A stretch of 63,678 nucleotides of DNA, filler included, from Welwitschia mirabilis (lineage: Eukaryota), in assembly GCA_051453625.1 (NCBI GenBank). It is 6 parts of one record of this genome, joined end to end, with 100 filler letters (N's around TTAATTAATTAA, not from the genome) between each part and the next. Parts side by side here need not be neighbours in the genome. Positions count along the whole stretch, not along the records: positions 1 to 20,061 come from JBOZIK010000001.1; 5 more parts are not named here. One strand, 5' to 3'. The notes below the pieces were generated by a model that saw only the letters and a program-made list of their open reading frames with translations, made no database searches and was not told the DNA's origin. A program made the translations under genes and the position numbers. Shown here in pieces: positions 1 to 12,593 of the stretch (positions within the stretch are counted from its first letter, which is position 1; every line of letters begins with the position of its first letter).

Positions 1-2161
1 TATTGTGATGAGAGATAAACTCTATTTATTTATAAGTGTGTGGCTTGCAGTACTTGAAGTTTACCTTCAAGATTCATAATATTTGGAATGATGATTATCT
101 TTCTTGAGAATTTTAGCAATAATTTTTATTTATTCAAGATCATATTTTCTAGCTATTATTTAATGAAATTTATTAAAAATCTCGGATCTTTAGCCATGTA
201 TTTATGCAATATTGTATTGGATGTTAAATTGGAAATTTGTGAATTCTTGAGAACCTTCTTTAGATAAACATGAATTAGTGCATTATTTTTATACTATATT
301 TGGATAAATCTATTTAAACATCTTGGTAAGATTTCATGATAATTTGATATCTTTTTGGATCTCTCAGAAGTTTTGTTAATGTGTTTATGATAAATTTTCC
401 TGTAAATTTGGATAAGAAACTTTTCCTCCTTCCTAAAGGATTTAAATCCCAAGAAAAAGGAGTTATTTGTCCTCTTGAAATTTACTAAGGATTGTAAGAT
501 TAATTAGTAAGAAAGACCCTTTAAATTTAATTTAAGGATTGAAGATTAGTTTTATGGAGAAGAAAGAAAATTAATTAATAAAAAGATAAGGGCCATTAGT
601 TCTCACAGAGGGATTTGAACCATCACCCTCCCTTTTTTCCATAATTGATGCCTACCAATAGGACATTGAGCTAATGTTATCCAAGAACCATTACCCTCTA
701 AAATATATTAAGCATTGGGTCCACCTCTAATAATGCTTTTGAAGTGAAGAGAAATTTTATAAGAAAGGGCCTCAGTAGTTAAGTACTATAGATGCTAAAG
801 CATTTACGGATGCATACCCAGTGCATTGTTTATGCTTTAATCTAATGAAAATGATTCACACCTAGTAGAATGCCATTGATAATGCCATTCCCTCTTGAGA
901 ACTCTATAATTTTCTAAGCACTTTACTCATGCACTACCCAGACACAATACTTAGTTGTTCACTGCCTTCGGATGTTCTCTAAGTGTTAAAAAGGAAAATT
1001 TAGTTGTCAAGAAAATGCCACTCTCAATATTCAACACTGCTCATAAAGTCTTTCTCATGTTCTAAATTAAAAATGGGCCCCTTACCTAGTCGAATAGACA
1101 CCCAATCGAATAAAATCCTAATCAATTAAACACCAATCTAGAAATGCTCCTTTCCATTATTATGATCAAATCAAATGCTTAATTCTTGCTAGGGGTTCAA
1201 TATTTGGGGCATTTTATCTCACGTTTCATTAATGTTTATTTCTAACTGTGTGTGGTAATACCTTTCCTACATTCAAAATTTCAAGAAAATTAATTGGAGC
1301 TGATTCATATTTAGCCATTCTTCTGTTTTATCCAACTCTTCCTTACCTATAATCCCTATTTTTCTTTCAAACAATCATTCCTTAGCTGTGTTTTTATGAT
1401 TCCCTTTCTTAATGAGAACTTCTCTTACCTATAACTTGCTCCTCTTGTGTTTTCTTTAGTTTCACTTCCCATTCTAGTTCACTTTCATCTATTACACTCT
1501 TATCAGCTGAGCTTTTTCCATGTTGTTCAGGTAAGATAAAACCCCATCATACTTGCAGCATGATCTTAACATACATTTCTTGTGATATATTTTGCCTTGC
1601 TTTTATTTCTTTCAAGCTTTAAGCTTCATATCAAAATGGTTAGGACACACAGATTCTATGTGGAGGTTTAGGATCGATTCCTAGTGCATGCTCTAGTTAC
1701 TCAATTTTCCTCTTGAAATAGAAGTTAATTTTCAATTATTTACATTTTCTCTCATATCATAAGCCTTTTTCATTAGATTAAAATTTCTAACTAGCAAGTA
1801 ATTAAAGTTCATGTAAATCTTGAAACCTTTAAAATATAATCAGTATAAGGCTATTCTCCATGACTTCTTATTAGGAATCTATATAACCTTAATTAAAAAG
1901 ATAATAATCTTGTGATAAAGAAATCTTTTTAGATTCAAAATTTATTTTAGTAACTTAATTTTTCACCTTCATTAGAGAAAGAATATTAGTTTGCCCTCCA
2001 ACTAAATTTTTGCTTGAGTCCTTTCCATATTTTTATATTTAAAAAAAACCAAACCTTAACTCTCACCCAACTCTACTTATCTTTGGGCCTTATTTTGGAT
2101 ATCAAAATTTTAAAGTGAAGTGTGAAGATTATTTTAACTATTAAAATTTGGGGGTCTTAGA
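1..2161 (+). mobile_element. 3' part of a Tekay-like LTR inserted into an Athila integrase
   Basis: Ends ...gtgaagattattttaactattaaaatttgggggtcttaga, which resembles the terminus at 6025-6063. Integrase codons (KCVPNW) start immediately after. Only the terminal ~80 nt is supported by similarity. Confidence 0.5.
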
Positions 2162-2321
2162 AAATGTGTGCCTAATTGGAAAATACCTAAAATCCTTCAA
2201 CTTTATCATAGTGGTGTTTGTGGAGAATACTTTAGTGGACATAAAACAGCTATGAAAATCCTCCATCCTAGTTTTTATTGGCCTATTCTTTTTCAAGATT
2301 CCCTTTATTTTACTAGAAGGT
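2162..2321 (+). pseudogene. Athila-like Ty3/gypsy integrase zinc-binding (HHCC) domain, N-terminal part
   Basis: CVPNWKIPKILQLYHSGVCGEYFSGHKTAMKILHPSFYWPILFQD matches the Athila consensus CVP..E...IL..CH....GGHF....TA.KVLQSGFYWPTLFKD. Confidence 0.9.
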
Positions 2322-3146
2322 TGTCACGTCCCAAATTTCAAAACTTATGATTAAATATTTTAAGGCTAATAATTCATGCTAAATCTTGAATGTTTTATTT
2401 TATTTCTAATAGTTTCATGAATATTATTTTATGCCTTGCCTTATGCATTACTCATTTTGAAAAATGTCAAATTATTTTAAAGATGCTTAATGGGTAGAGT
2501 TATTATTTNNNNNNNNNNNNNNNNNNNNNNNNNNNNNNNNNNNNNNNNNNNNNNNNNNNNNNNNNNNNNNNNNNNNNNNNNNNNNNNNNNNNNNNNNNNN
2601 NNNNNNNNNNNNNNNNNNNNNNNNNNNNNNNNNNNNNNNNNNNNNNNNNNNNNNNNNNNNNNNNNNNNNNNNNNNNNNNNNNNNNNNNNNNNNNNNNNNN
2701 NNNNNNNNNNNNNNNNNNNNNNNNNNNNNNNNNNNNNNNNNNNNNNNNNNNNNNNNNNNNNNNNNNNNNNNNNNNNNNNNNNNNNNNNNNNNNNNNNNNN
2801 NNNNNNNNNNNNNNNNNNNNNNNNNNNNNNNNNNNNNNNNNNNNNNNNNNNNNNNNNNNNNNNNNNNNNNNNNNNNNNNNNNNNNNNNNNNNNNNNNNNN
2901 NNNNNNNNNNNNNNNNNNNNNNNNNNNNNNNNNNNNNNNNNNNNNNNNNNNNNNNNNNNNNNNNNNNNNNNNNNNNNNNNNNNNNNNNNNNNNNNNNNNN
3001 NNNNNNNNNNNNNNNNNNNNNNNNNNNNNNNNNNNNNNNNNNNNNNNNNNNNNNNNNNNNNNNNNNNNNNNNNNNNNNNNNNNNNNNNNNNNNTAAGGTA
3101 ACAGAAATCACCATCATATAACCGCCCTCATTCACGATATATTTTA

Positions 3147-3267
3147 TCTTCATATACAAGGAATCTCTGTCAACCTTTGTTTGTCTTCATATGTAAGGAA
3201 TCTCTGTCAACTTTCGTTTGTCTTCATATGCAAGGAATATTTACCAACTTTCATTTGTCCTCATATG
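3147..3267. repeat. 37-bp tandem repeat, ~3.3 copies, inside the LTR
   Basis: Unit tcttcatatgyaaggaatctctgtcaactttcgtttg starts at 3147, 3184, 3221 and 3258. Confidence 0.85.
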
Positions 3268-4429
3268 CTTATGACTCTTCACGTTCCACCAAATCTTAAT
3301 TATAAATAGGATCCTTCTCCTCCTTTTTCCTCACTTTCATTTGTGGAGAACCCTTGCTACAGAGTCTTGGAGCCTAGAAAAGCATTTAAGCCTTGTAACC
3401 TTCTCGAGATCTTGAATTCTTCTCAAAAATTGGTATGGTTTATGGTTTTCATTAATATCTTGTATGGTTATATGGTTTTCATTAATCTCTTATATGATTT
3501 CATAGTCTTTCATCTTCATTTCTTATATGGTCTTATGGTGTTCTCTCATCCTTTGTATGGTTCTATGGTGTTCTAATCTCTTGTTTGGTTTATACAATTA
3601 CATTTGTCTCTTATATTCTAATGGAATCCTGCATCCTTCACGTCTTTTAAGTAAATCTATTATTATGCACATCCTCACTATGATTCATCTTCGATGTTTA
3701 AATCTTATGACTAAATCATGTGGCTTCAGGGACTAGGCCACCTAAAGGGCTCCTATTGGCTATAGGAGTGGCTATCAATGTTTGGGTGGTTATCTATCTA
3801 GCTGTTACATAATACATGCGGCTTCAAGGGGTTATCCCACCTGAGGGGTTCTTATTGGCTATAGGAATGATCTAGTAGATAATGGATAATTGACACCCCT
3901 CTGATGGGGCATACTGTTCATACTATTCATATTGTTCATACTATTCATACTATTTATTATACTTTTATAAGATCTAGATATTTTACCTCAACTTTGTATT
4001 GATTTGAGGTCTTGGTCAATTAATTTTTTATGAATTCCTTCTTGTTCTCAAAACTCTTACCTTAAACCTTGTCATGGACCATACTGGGAACTATGGAGGT
4101 ACAGTTCTCACACCATGCTTGCTTTGTAGGAAAAGCTTTGATAAATGAGGCAAAAGGATTTTAAGCTTGGTGTCTACTATGGGATTTTCTCATTTTTAAA
4201 AATAATTGCTTGAGCATTTTTGTAACTCCGAGAAGATTGTTATTGATTATTTTCCTTGTAATCTTGCATTTGAAATTATTATTGTATTTAAGCCTTAAGT
4301 GGTAATATTTCATTGATGAAGAGATATTAGTTCTTGTATAATAGTGCTATCTCATTTTAACATTAATAAAGCATGCATCTATTACATTTTTTTCTTAATG
4401 TACTTTCTTAGATATTTATTCTGCATAAT

Positions 4430-5257
4430 AAAAGAAGAAGTAAAGGAAAAAAGAGGTTATAGAATTGTAACAACAATCTTTCTTTCTACCATTTATTCTT
4501 TTACTGTTACATCAAGAAGGCACCCATTAAATAAAAGAAACAGTTCATTTAAAATGTAACTGCTATTGTATTATAATGATTTCCAGTAATGCATGATTAA
4601 TTCATTCCAAGCCTACATGTATCCTTTTCCTCCCTTTTATGTGGTCAAATTTCTCCCTAACCTATATATTTCTCTTAACCGTTTTTATTACATTTTTTGC
4701 TTACGTGCCTTTTTCGTANNNNNNNNNNNNNNNNNNNNNNNNNNNNNNNNNNNNNNNNNNNNNNNNNNNNNNNNNNNNNNNNNNNNNNNNNNNNNNNNNN
4801 NNNNNNNNNNNNNNNNNNTAAGGCGTATGATGTTAATACTATAAGATTACTTTATTATAGCAAATACTTTTAAGTATTGCCTTAATAAAATGGTGTAGTC
4901 AAATTTAATAAAAGTATAAAATTATGCCATTTATTAAATTTTTAAAATGTAGTATAGCTTAATTCTAAATAAATGATATAAAGGGAAAAGGAGAGGTTAT
5001 AAAATTATAATGGTGACCTTTCATTCTATCATTTATTCTTTTACCATTACATTAAGAAGGCACCCATTAAATAAAAGAAATAACTCATTTAAAATTTAAC
5101 TTCATCATACTATAATGATTTTTAACAATGCATGATTGATTTTTTTGCAACCCTGCATATGTCCTTTTCCTTCCTTCCATGTAGTCAAATTTCTCCCTAA
5201 CCTTTATATTTCTCTTAGTTGCTTTTATTGCATTTTTGCTTACGTGTCTTATTTGTA
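4430..5257. repeat. Diverged direct duplication (~290-bp aligned, 540-bp offset) inside the LTR
   Basis: aagaaggcacccattaaataaaagaaa and gtcaaatttctccctaacct occur in both 4430-4717 and 4975-5257. Confidence 0.85.
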
Positions 5258-6005
5258 AAATCTAAAATGCGGTTACCTTTTATAATGTGATCTTATTTGT
5301 ACATTATCTTTCTCTATTTTATGCCTTTTCATCTCAGTGTTTTTCTTTCTCTTGTGCTTCAGCTAGTCGTCTCTCCTCAAGAAATATATTCTTCTCCCTA
5401 TTAGAATCAGTAATTGTCTTTTTGTTTGATAAAATTTTAAAGGTATCAAACATAACTTTTAAATATTATTTTTATAAAAATAAGCTTAATCTATACCCTT
5501 AAGGGTGAAACCTAGGTGTTTCCAATAAAAAATGTAGTCTGTTGTATCATTTTTCAACGTTTTTATTTACTGTTTCAAATTCTTTTTTTTTTTAAAAATT
5601 TAAAACAGACTTGAACATAACTTCCTAAATGTCTTTTCATACATTTGAGCTTCATCCATGCCATTTAAGGTAAAAATGGGATGTTTATAATCAAAAAACA
5701 CACTCTATTTTATCATTTTAAAATATTTTAAGTTACTATTATCACTTGATGAATGAATAACATAAAATAGACTAAATAAATTAAGTAATTTTATTTAATG
5801 ATTAAATTAAATTACATATTATACAATATTATTAGACTAGTATTAAGTATTTAGCTTTAGATTTAATTATATAGAGAGGTTTTATAATTTAGATACTAGA
5901 ACGAGTTAAATTCTTCAACTGTAAAAGTTTTGGGTTCTTACATTTGGTATCAAAGCATTTAAGTGTGAATATTTTTAATGGTGTAAATTTTAGATCTTTT
6001 AATTT

Positions 6006-6017
6006 TGGTATCAGAGC
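6006..6017 (+). promoter_or_regulatory. tRNA-Met primer-binding site inside the LTR 3' end (second copy at ~5945-5956)
   Basis: TGGTATCAGAGC is an exact match. TGGTATCAAAGC lies 61 nt upstream. Confidence 0.8.
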
Positions 6018-6068
6018 ATAAAGTTTGTGAAGATTTTCAACTATAGAATTTTTGGTCTTTTCAAAGGT

Positions 6069-7000
6069 GTAATTCTTGTCAGTGTTATAGTAGCCTTGTT
6101 CATTCATAGGAAATGTCCCTTAGACTTATTTTTAAGTATAAAGATTTTGATTGTTGGAGTATTAATTTTACAAGCCCTATTCATCCACCTTCTTATAATA
6201 AGCATTATATTTTAGTGGTTGTGGATTATGTGACTAAATGGATTAAAGTCATACCTACTTCTTTGTATGATGCCCAAACTATTTATCATTTTCTTAGAAC
6301 TCATATTTCCCAGAGATTTGATTTTCCTAAAATTATTATTAATGATCAGGGTACTCATTTTATTAATTAAATTTTTAGGAAACTTATTTTATCCATTGGT
6401 ATAGAACATAGAGTAGCTTGTCCTTATCATCCTCAAACTAATGGACAAGCTAAAAATGCTAATAGAGAAACAAAGAAAATGTTACAAAAAATTATCTCTA
6501 TTAATTAAAAATATTGGGATTCTAAACTTAACAATGTACTTTGGGCTTATCATACTACTTGATGTACTTCTCTTGGTTTTTCATCTTACAAAATTATGTA
6601 CAGTAAAGTTTGTGTATTACCTGTTGATATGTGCTATAATTCTTATCATGCTTCCCATCAACTTAACCTTGTGGATCTTCATGAAAATCTTAAACATAGA
6701 TTAGTCTAATTAGACCATCTTGATGAAAAATAAACTTCTGCCATACATTATCAATTAATCTATAAATCCCAAGAAAAATTCAAATATGATAAAAAGATAT
6801 TTCATAAAAAGTTTGAATCCAGTCAACTTATTTTATAATAGAACACTAGGGTTCATCTTTTGAATAATAAGTTAATCTTTAAATGATTAAAACCTTACCT
6901 TGTAGAGAAAGTGCATTCTAATGACATAGTTGAGATTTTAGACTTAAAGACTAGAGAGATTTAAAAGGTTAATGGACAATGGTTGAATTATATGAAGGAT
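6069..7000 (+). pseudogene. Athila-like integrase core (rve) and C-terminus, degenerate
   Basis: Motifs FDCWSINFTSP, YILVVVDYVTKWI, IINDQGTHF, PYHPQTNGQ, WDSKLNNVLWAY and KVNGQWL, with in-frame stops. Confidence 0.92.
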
Positions 7001-9714
7001 TATTAGATGCAACTATGAACATAATAGAAGCACTTGTTTTGAAGGTTTCCCTTATTATGGAGGACTTCCTTCCTATCATTGTCTGAGTTCTTTCTTAGTC
7101 TACTCCTTTGATTGATGTTATGATGTTACTTGATCATCTTTTAAATTTGACTTATATATTGCTTTGTGAAGTTTTATAATTAGTATTCATACTTAGATAT
7201 TTTACAATGGTAAGATTGGATTCACCAAGTCTTGATACATTCCCATGTCTATGGACTTTACNNNNNNNNNNNNNNNNNNNNNNNNNNNNNNNNNNNNNNN
7301 NNNNNNNNNNNNNNNNNNNNNNNNNNNNNNNNNNNNNNNNNNNNNNNNNNNNNNNNNNNNNNNNNNNNNNNNNNNNNNNNNNNNNNNNNNNNNNNNNNNN
7401 NNNNNNNNNNNNNNNNNNNNNNNNNNNNNNNNNNNNNNNNNNNNNNNNNNNNNNNNNNNNNNNNNNNNNNNNNNNNNNNNNNNNNNNNNNNNNNNNNNNN
7501 NNNNNNNNNNNNNNNNNNNNNNNNNNNNNNNNNNNNNNNNNNNNNNNNNNNNNNNNNNNNNNNNNNNNNNNNNNNNNNNNNNNNNNNNNNNNNNNNNNNN
7601 NNNNNNNNNNNNNNNNNNNNNNNNNNNNNNNNNNNNNNNNNNNNNNNNNNNNNNNNNNNNNNNNNNNNNNNNNNNNNNNGTCTTGATACATTCCCATGTA
7701 TATGGACTTTACTTGAAGAAAGATGCCCTAGTTTTTGTGCTTTTTTTTAATGGTGTTAAGGCCTTGGATTTTTTGGGAGTGTCTTTTTCTATCTTTTATC
7801 TTAATCATTTACCTTCATATTTTTGAGTGTGTGATCATGTGGGAATTTAAAAAACAAAAAAAACAAAAAACAAAAGAGAGAGAAAAAAATAATGACCATG
7901 ATCTATTATATTTTTTGCTTCAAGAAAAATACATGGTTACTATGATGTTCTACCAGCCTAGGATAAATTTTTTTGAGAGGAACCTTTGGTAGTATTAGTA
8001 GCTATGGGAACTCCAATAAGGGGTCAGTTGGTTATGCTTCATGGGTCGTTACTCCTCTGATTGTGGTTGCACTCCCCTCCTCATAGAAAAAGTTGTAGTA
8101 AACTTTGAGGATATGGAATCAGTGATGTTCTTGGTGTCATAATAAGCATTTCTTGTTTCTTAGTATTCTCACTTGGTCATTTCACTTTTGAATATTTGGG
8201 TGTGTTTGTAGAGTGAGAGTAGCTGAGTTCATTTCTAAGTAGCTTTTGATCTTGACATTCATTGTTCTAAGCACTTAAATTTTTGGGTGTCATAATAACC
8301 ACTATTTTTTTGACTAAATCTTTATGAAGTTTATACATTTTGTCATGTATATTTACTTAGGTGACTTTATGATGTCTTCCTTGGGAGTTTGCTAGGTTAG
8401 TACTTAGGATAGGTAAGGAATCTTCTCATTATTCCTTATATTCATTTTCATTCTGTGTTTCTTTAATTTCAAGTTTGGGATCTTAAAGTCATTTATGCAT
8501 TTTCGCATTCTTACATAGGACCTTTTCATTTAGTAGTATCCTTGTTGTTCTTTCATGTTATATCATTTTTTCAGTGAGCATTTGAAAATCAAAAAGAACA
8601 TATTTTTCGTTTTCTAGTTTTTATGAGTTCCCTTATAGCTTATGAAGTTCTAAGCTTATCGTGCTTTTCTTTTCTATTCAAACTTATACATTCAACTTTT
8701 ATTGATGGGTTTCAGCCTAGATAGTCTATTTTCTTTAGCCATAGTTTTTTTTCCTTGTGAGTTTATCCTTTTTCTCTTGATTTTCATAGTTTTCTTTCTT
8801 ATTTTCTATCTTTCTAAGTTCTTCTGTTGAATTCTAATGTTTAAATAATCATATTTGAGCATAATTCTATTGACTGACATCTTTATTTTTGTGAAACTTT
8901 TTAATGCCCTATCATCCACCTGGTCATCCAGATGACACTAGGAAGATGACAATCTAATTTTTTCTGAGAGTTATCCTAGGTCAATCATCTAGATGATGCG
9001 ACTAGATGATAATGCGATATAACCACATCCCTAATTTTATTCCCTCATTTTTCCTCGTTTCTTCATCATTTTCACCTATTCCTTCAAGAGACAATGACCC
9101 CTCTAGACTATACCAACATTTTACAACTTGTCCCACCTAATTTCATGTCCAAATTTGCAAGATTTTACTAGATTTGTAAAAATGAGGTATATTTCTCTCT
9201 CATTCTATTTTTCAAATTTTTCTCCCATTTTCAGCCTTTTAACATGTAGTTTTTATGTATATTGCTCCATTTTTCATGCTCTTCAATTTGGGACTTACAG
9301 ATTTGAATTTTACTACATATTTTTTGAGTTATAAGTAATTGTGCGTTTTACGAGGTGTTTGGGATTTTCCATCTTTTAAACTTATTGTTTTGCAAACCGT
9401 AAATTGAAATGTAGTTGTTCTTTAAGCAAATTTTTTTAGTTTAATGTGTTATACAATTCTACTAGATTAGATTTTTCATTTCAGCACTTCAAATTTTCAC
9501 CTTATGTGGGGTCTTCTGAAAACACAGTTTTTGACATTTCTCACATATTTTACATTTTTATTCTTACATTTAGATAATTTAAGATGTATTGCAACTTTTT
9601 TTTCGGCATTTTTCATAATTTTTGCTGCTTTTTAGGATTCGTTATTGTGCATCCATGTGACATTTTTGACATATCTTTCTATTTTCACATGACGTTTTTG
9701 TGTGTTTCCAATTG

Positions 9715-10990
9715 AATAGGCCTTGTACACATAGAGCTAGATAGGTCAAGGTTGAGGCCAAGGTAGTAAAGCAGAAAGCAGGTTCCATAATTAAGCTAGA
9801 GATAGAGCGTGCGAAGCCAACACACCTACGACCTTGACATGGATGTTCTATGACTATACAGACAGCTAGTATCTGTGTCGAGTAATACTTTAAAGACCAT
9901 ATGAGCCATATTGAACTAGAAGTAGATCAGAGACTTACAGATTTATGTCTTAGATGGATTACAGATGTGCATTGGTTATATCATATTTTAGAGACGAAGG
10001 AATTCTATGACATCATGCACATTAAAAGGCGACTTGATACTCATGGTTAGTTACAGGATATGATTGTGGCATATATATGAGATCATGAGATAGAAATTCT
10101 CCCATTCCACATTATAATTATCATAGATCTAGATGGGCTGGGAAGTATGCATATATACTCGGCAAGTGGGACAGAGGAGCATCGGGCATATGGCGCTATT
10201 TTGAATATACCAACAGATCTTACTACTGATCTATAGGAGGTACTAGTTACTTAGCTAATCCCCGCATATAGGGTTTTGCATAGAGGGTTAATCCTTAACA
10301 TTAGCCAATCTTTTTATGATAGTCATGCTATGGTAGTGCACTTATAGATTTTGTAGCATTTAAATAGGGGAAGAAGATGAATCTTTCTACATTTATCTAG
10401 AGGAGACTCAGATCTATGGTTAAGGCATAACAGCTTCAGATACTTGGTTACCCATGCCTCCTCTCAACACTTTTTAGATGGCTTGGGATACCAAAGCCTA
10501 TGAGTGAGCAGTGCTTATCACACATTCAGACTTCATCTCTCTATTTACAGGACATGGGTATATAGGTTTCAAGAGAGACAAAGAGATGTTAGGTGCAGAG
10601 ACCTATGGTTAGGACTTTACTAGAGTAGATATAGGCCCTCTTGGCTGAGATCACCAAGACCATCAGAGGTTTAGTGGATAGAGGTATCCAATAACTTGAC
10701 TAGAGGATTCATGTACTTGATCAAAGGTAGTAAAAATTTAAGCAAAGAATTCTATCTGTTGAGAGGATAGTTTAGCCTGTTGAGAACCAGATTGTCAACA
10801 TATGCTAGTATGTCATTTCTATCCAGTAGAGTGTGATAGTGGATATTCCTTAAGCTGTCAATGTCCAGGGTGACAAGATGGTCAGATCTATCTCCATATC
10901 TTTGGACCTCCATTTCCCCATAGATCCTAAGCATCCTTCCTCTTCTCCTCCTACACCAAAGCCAATTGCCAAACCATAGTTTATCATGCA
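9715..10990 (+). pseudogene. Degenerate additional (env-like/Transposase_32-type) ORF of the Athila element
   Basis: Stop-interrupted frame with ILETKEFYDIM...VAYI*DHEIEI (cf. LVREFYANL...V.VRG..I) and a heptad-like C-terminus. It lies between the integrase and an LTR. Confidence 0.5.
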
Positions 10991-11504
10991 TTAATGAGAG
11001 AAGTAATTTTGTATTATTATTTTGTATCTCCCCTTCTATGCACTTTTGTACTGAAAACTCTTTGATTTTATATAAATACATTATTTTTTTCAGCATGTTG
11101 TATTGATTTGTACCTAATTTTTCATGACGATCTTTAATTTTTACATGTTATGATAAGTGTTAATTTTAATTAGGCAATCTCTCTATTTCATTACTGTTTA
11201 ATTTAGTATTGGGTTATCTTATTACATTTACTGATTATCTATAAAAATAAAAATTCTATCCTAGGTTCCTAATTTCAAAAACTTTTTTTGAACCTGTTGT
11301 CCCCTCCATCATTTGGACAACAACCTAGACAACTGACTGGCTGAGTTTTAAGTAGGTGAAATGTTTAGTTTTTCTAATTTCTTATAATTCAATACGTATC
11401 TCTATGAATTTTGAAAAAAATTTTGAGATGATTTCCTTAAGTACCTTAGTCATTTTTATTGTTAAATAAGTTGGATCACAAACATCGTTTATCACGTTAT
11501 TTTA

Positions 11505-12593
11505 TGTTGCTTGCTTATACATATTTGATAAGGTATTTTGAGTGGTTCTGAAGGATAATAGACAAGTAAATGCTCAATATCTATAATAACAGAGAGTTGA
11601 GATGAAAACATGCAATATCCATAATGTTTTATAGCATTTTGGGCAATTTTTAATACTTCTTATCTTTGAGATAACTTCCTACAAAACATTGAGGATGATG
11701 CACTGATGAAACATTTGTAAAAGTATATCATCCGCCTCATCATCCAGACAACTATACGAATAATAGAGCAATTTATGCCAATAAGGATGCTAACTATAAT
11801 CAATCTAGCAGCTAATGTGGATCTTATATGAGGTGGCATCATCTCCTTTATCCTCCAGATAACCAGTCGGACAACACTATTACAATAGTTCCCTAGACAT
11901 TCATCTAACTTTTTCCACTTAAATGTATGTTTCTCTTAGCATGGCCGTCAGGATTTTACCCATGCCTGTCTATCTGTTATATTATGTGTTTATGTATTAA
12001 TAAATATCGGTCCCGTTCTTGACTCCTTCTTGTCTTCGTTTGTATTGAAAATTCTTGTGACAGGAGACCAAAGGACTAGAGATCCATCCTTGTAGTTGCA
12101 AAGAGACATTTTCCTTGGTGTTGGGCGGCATTTCCTTCATTGAGGTTTAACTACTTTGTAACACATATATGGTTCTAATACAAAACACTTCTTTCTAATT
12201 TTAATGCATGTTTGTTCTTCACTCTCATAGCTTAAGGTACTTCTGATTGGGTGATAGTTACCTTAGTGATATAGGTTATGAGGGAAACCTTTATCAAGGT
12301 TGTGCATGATTAGTTTAGATTAGGTGTACGCATCGTTATTTTTGTTTATTAGATTAGCTTTGCACAAGTGTATTTCATTTTACTTTTAGGTATTGCAAGT
12401 TATTTCTATAGTTAGAGTACAAAATATTTACTTATGAAAATCAACTCTCTTGTTCCTAACTTGATTTTCAACGGATTACGACATTTGAGTCACTCCCATC
12501 TATATTAGTGTGTTGTGTTTGTGCATTATATTTGTGATTAATAGGATTCAACTAAACTAGGAACATAACGTTGCATAAATATGCACCACAATA
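11505..12593 (+). mobile_element. Athila-like LTR, probably the 3' LTR
   Basis: Runs TGTTGCTTGC...ATGCACCACAATA. Termini are similar to the LTRs at 52350-53440 and 62185-63091. Confidence 0.7.

Larger units (their letters stand above)
2322..6063 (+). mobile_element. Tekay/Del-like solo LTR (~3.7 kb) with 5-bp target-site duplication
   Basis: Starts TGTCACGTCCC and ends GGTCTTTTCA. AAGGT lies on both sides (2317-2321, 6064-6068). Excising it restores the integrase frame. Bases 4070-4130 are similar to 21870-21935 in the LTR next to a chromodomain integrase. Confidence 0.85.

Noticed and set aside
3147..3880. CRISPR-like short repeats (37-bp, ~30-bp and ~98-bp units)
   Set aside because: There are no unique spacers and the context is a eukaryotic LTR. 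These are ordinary tandem repeats.
7229..7712. Near-identical sequence on both sides of gaps (also 51816/51935, 57693/57857 and 62643/62860)
   Set aside because: Most simply unmerged contig overlaps, not biological repeats.
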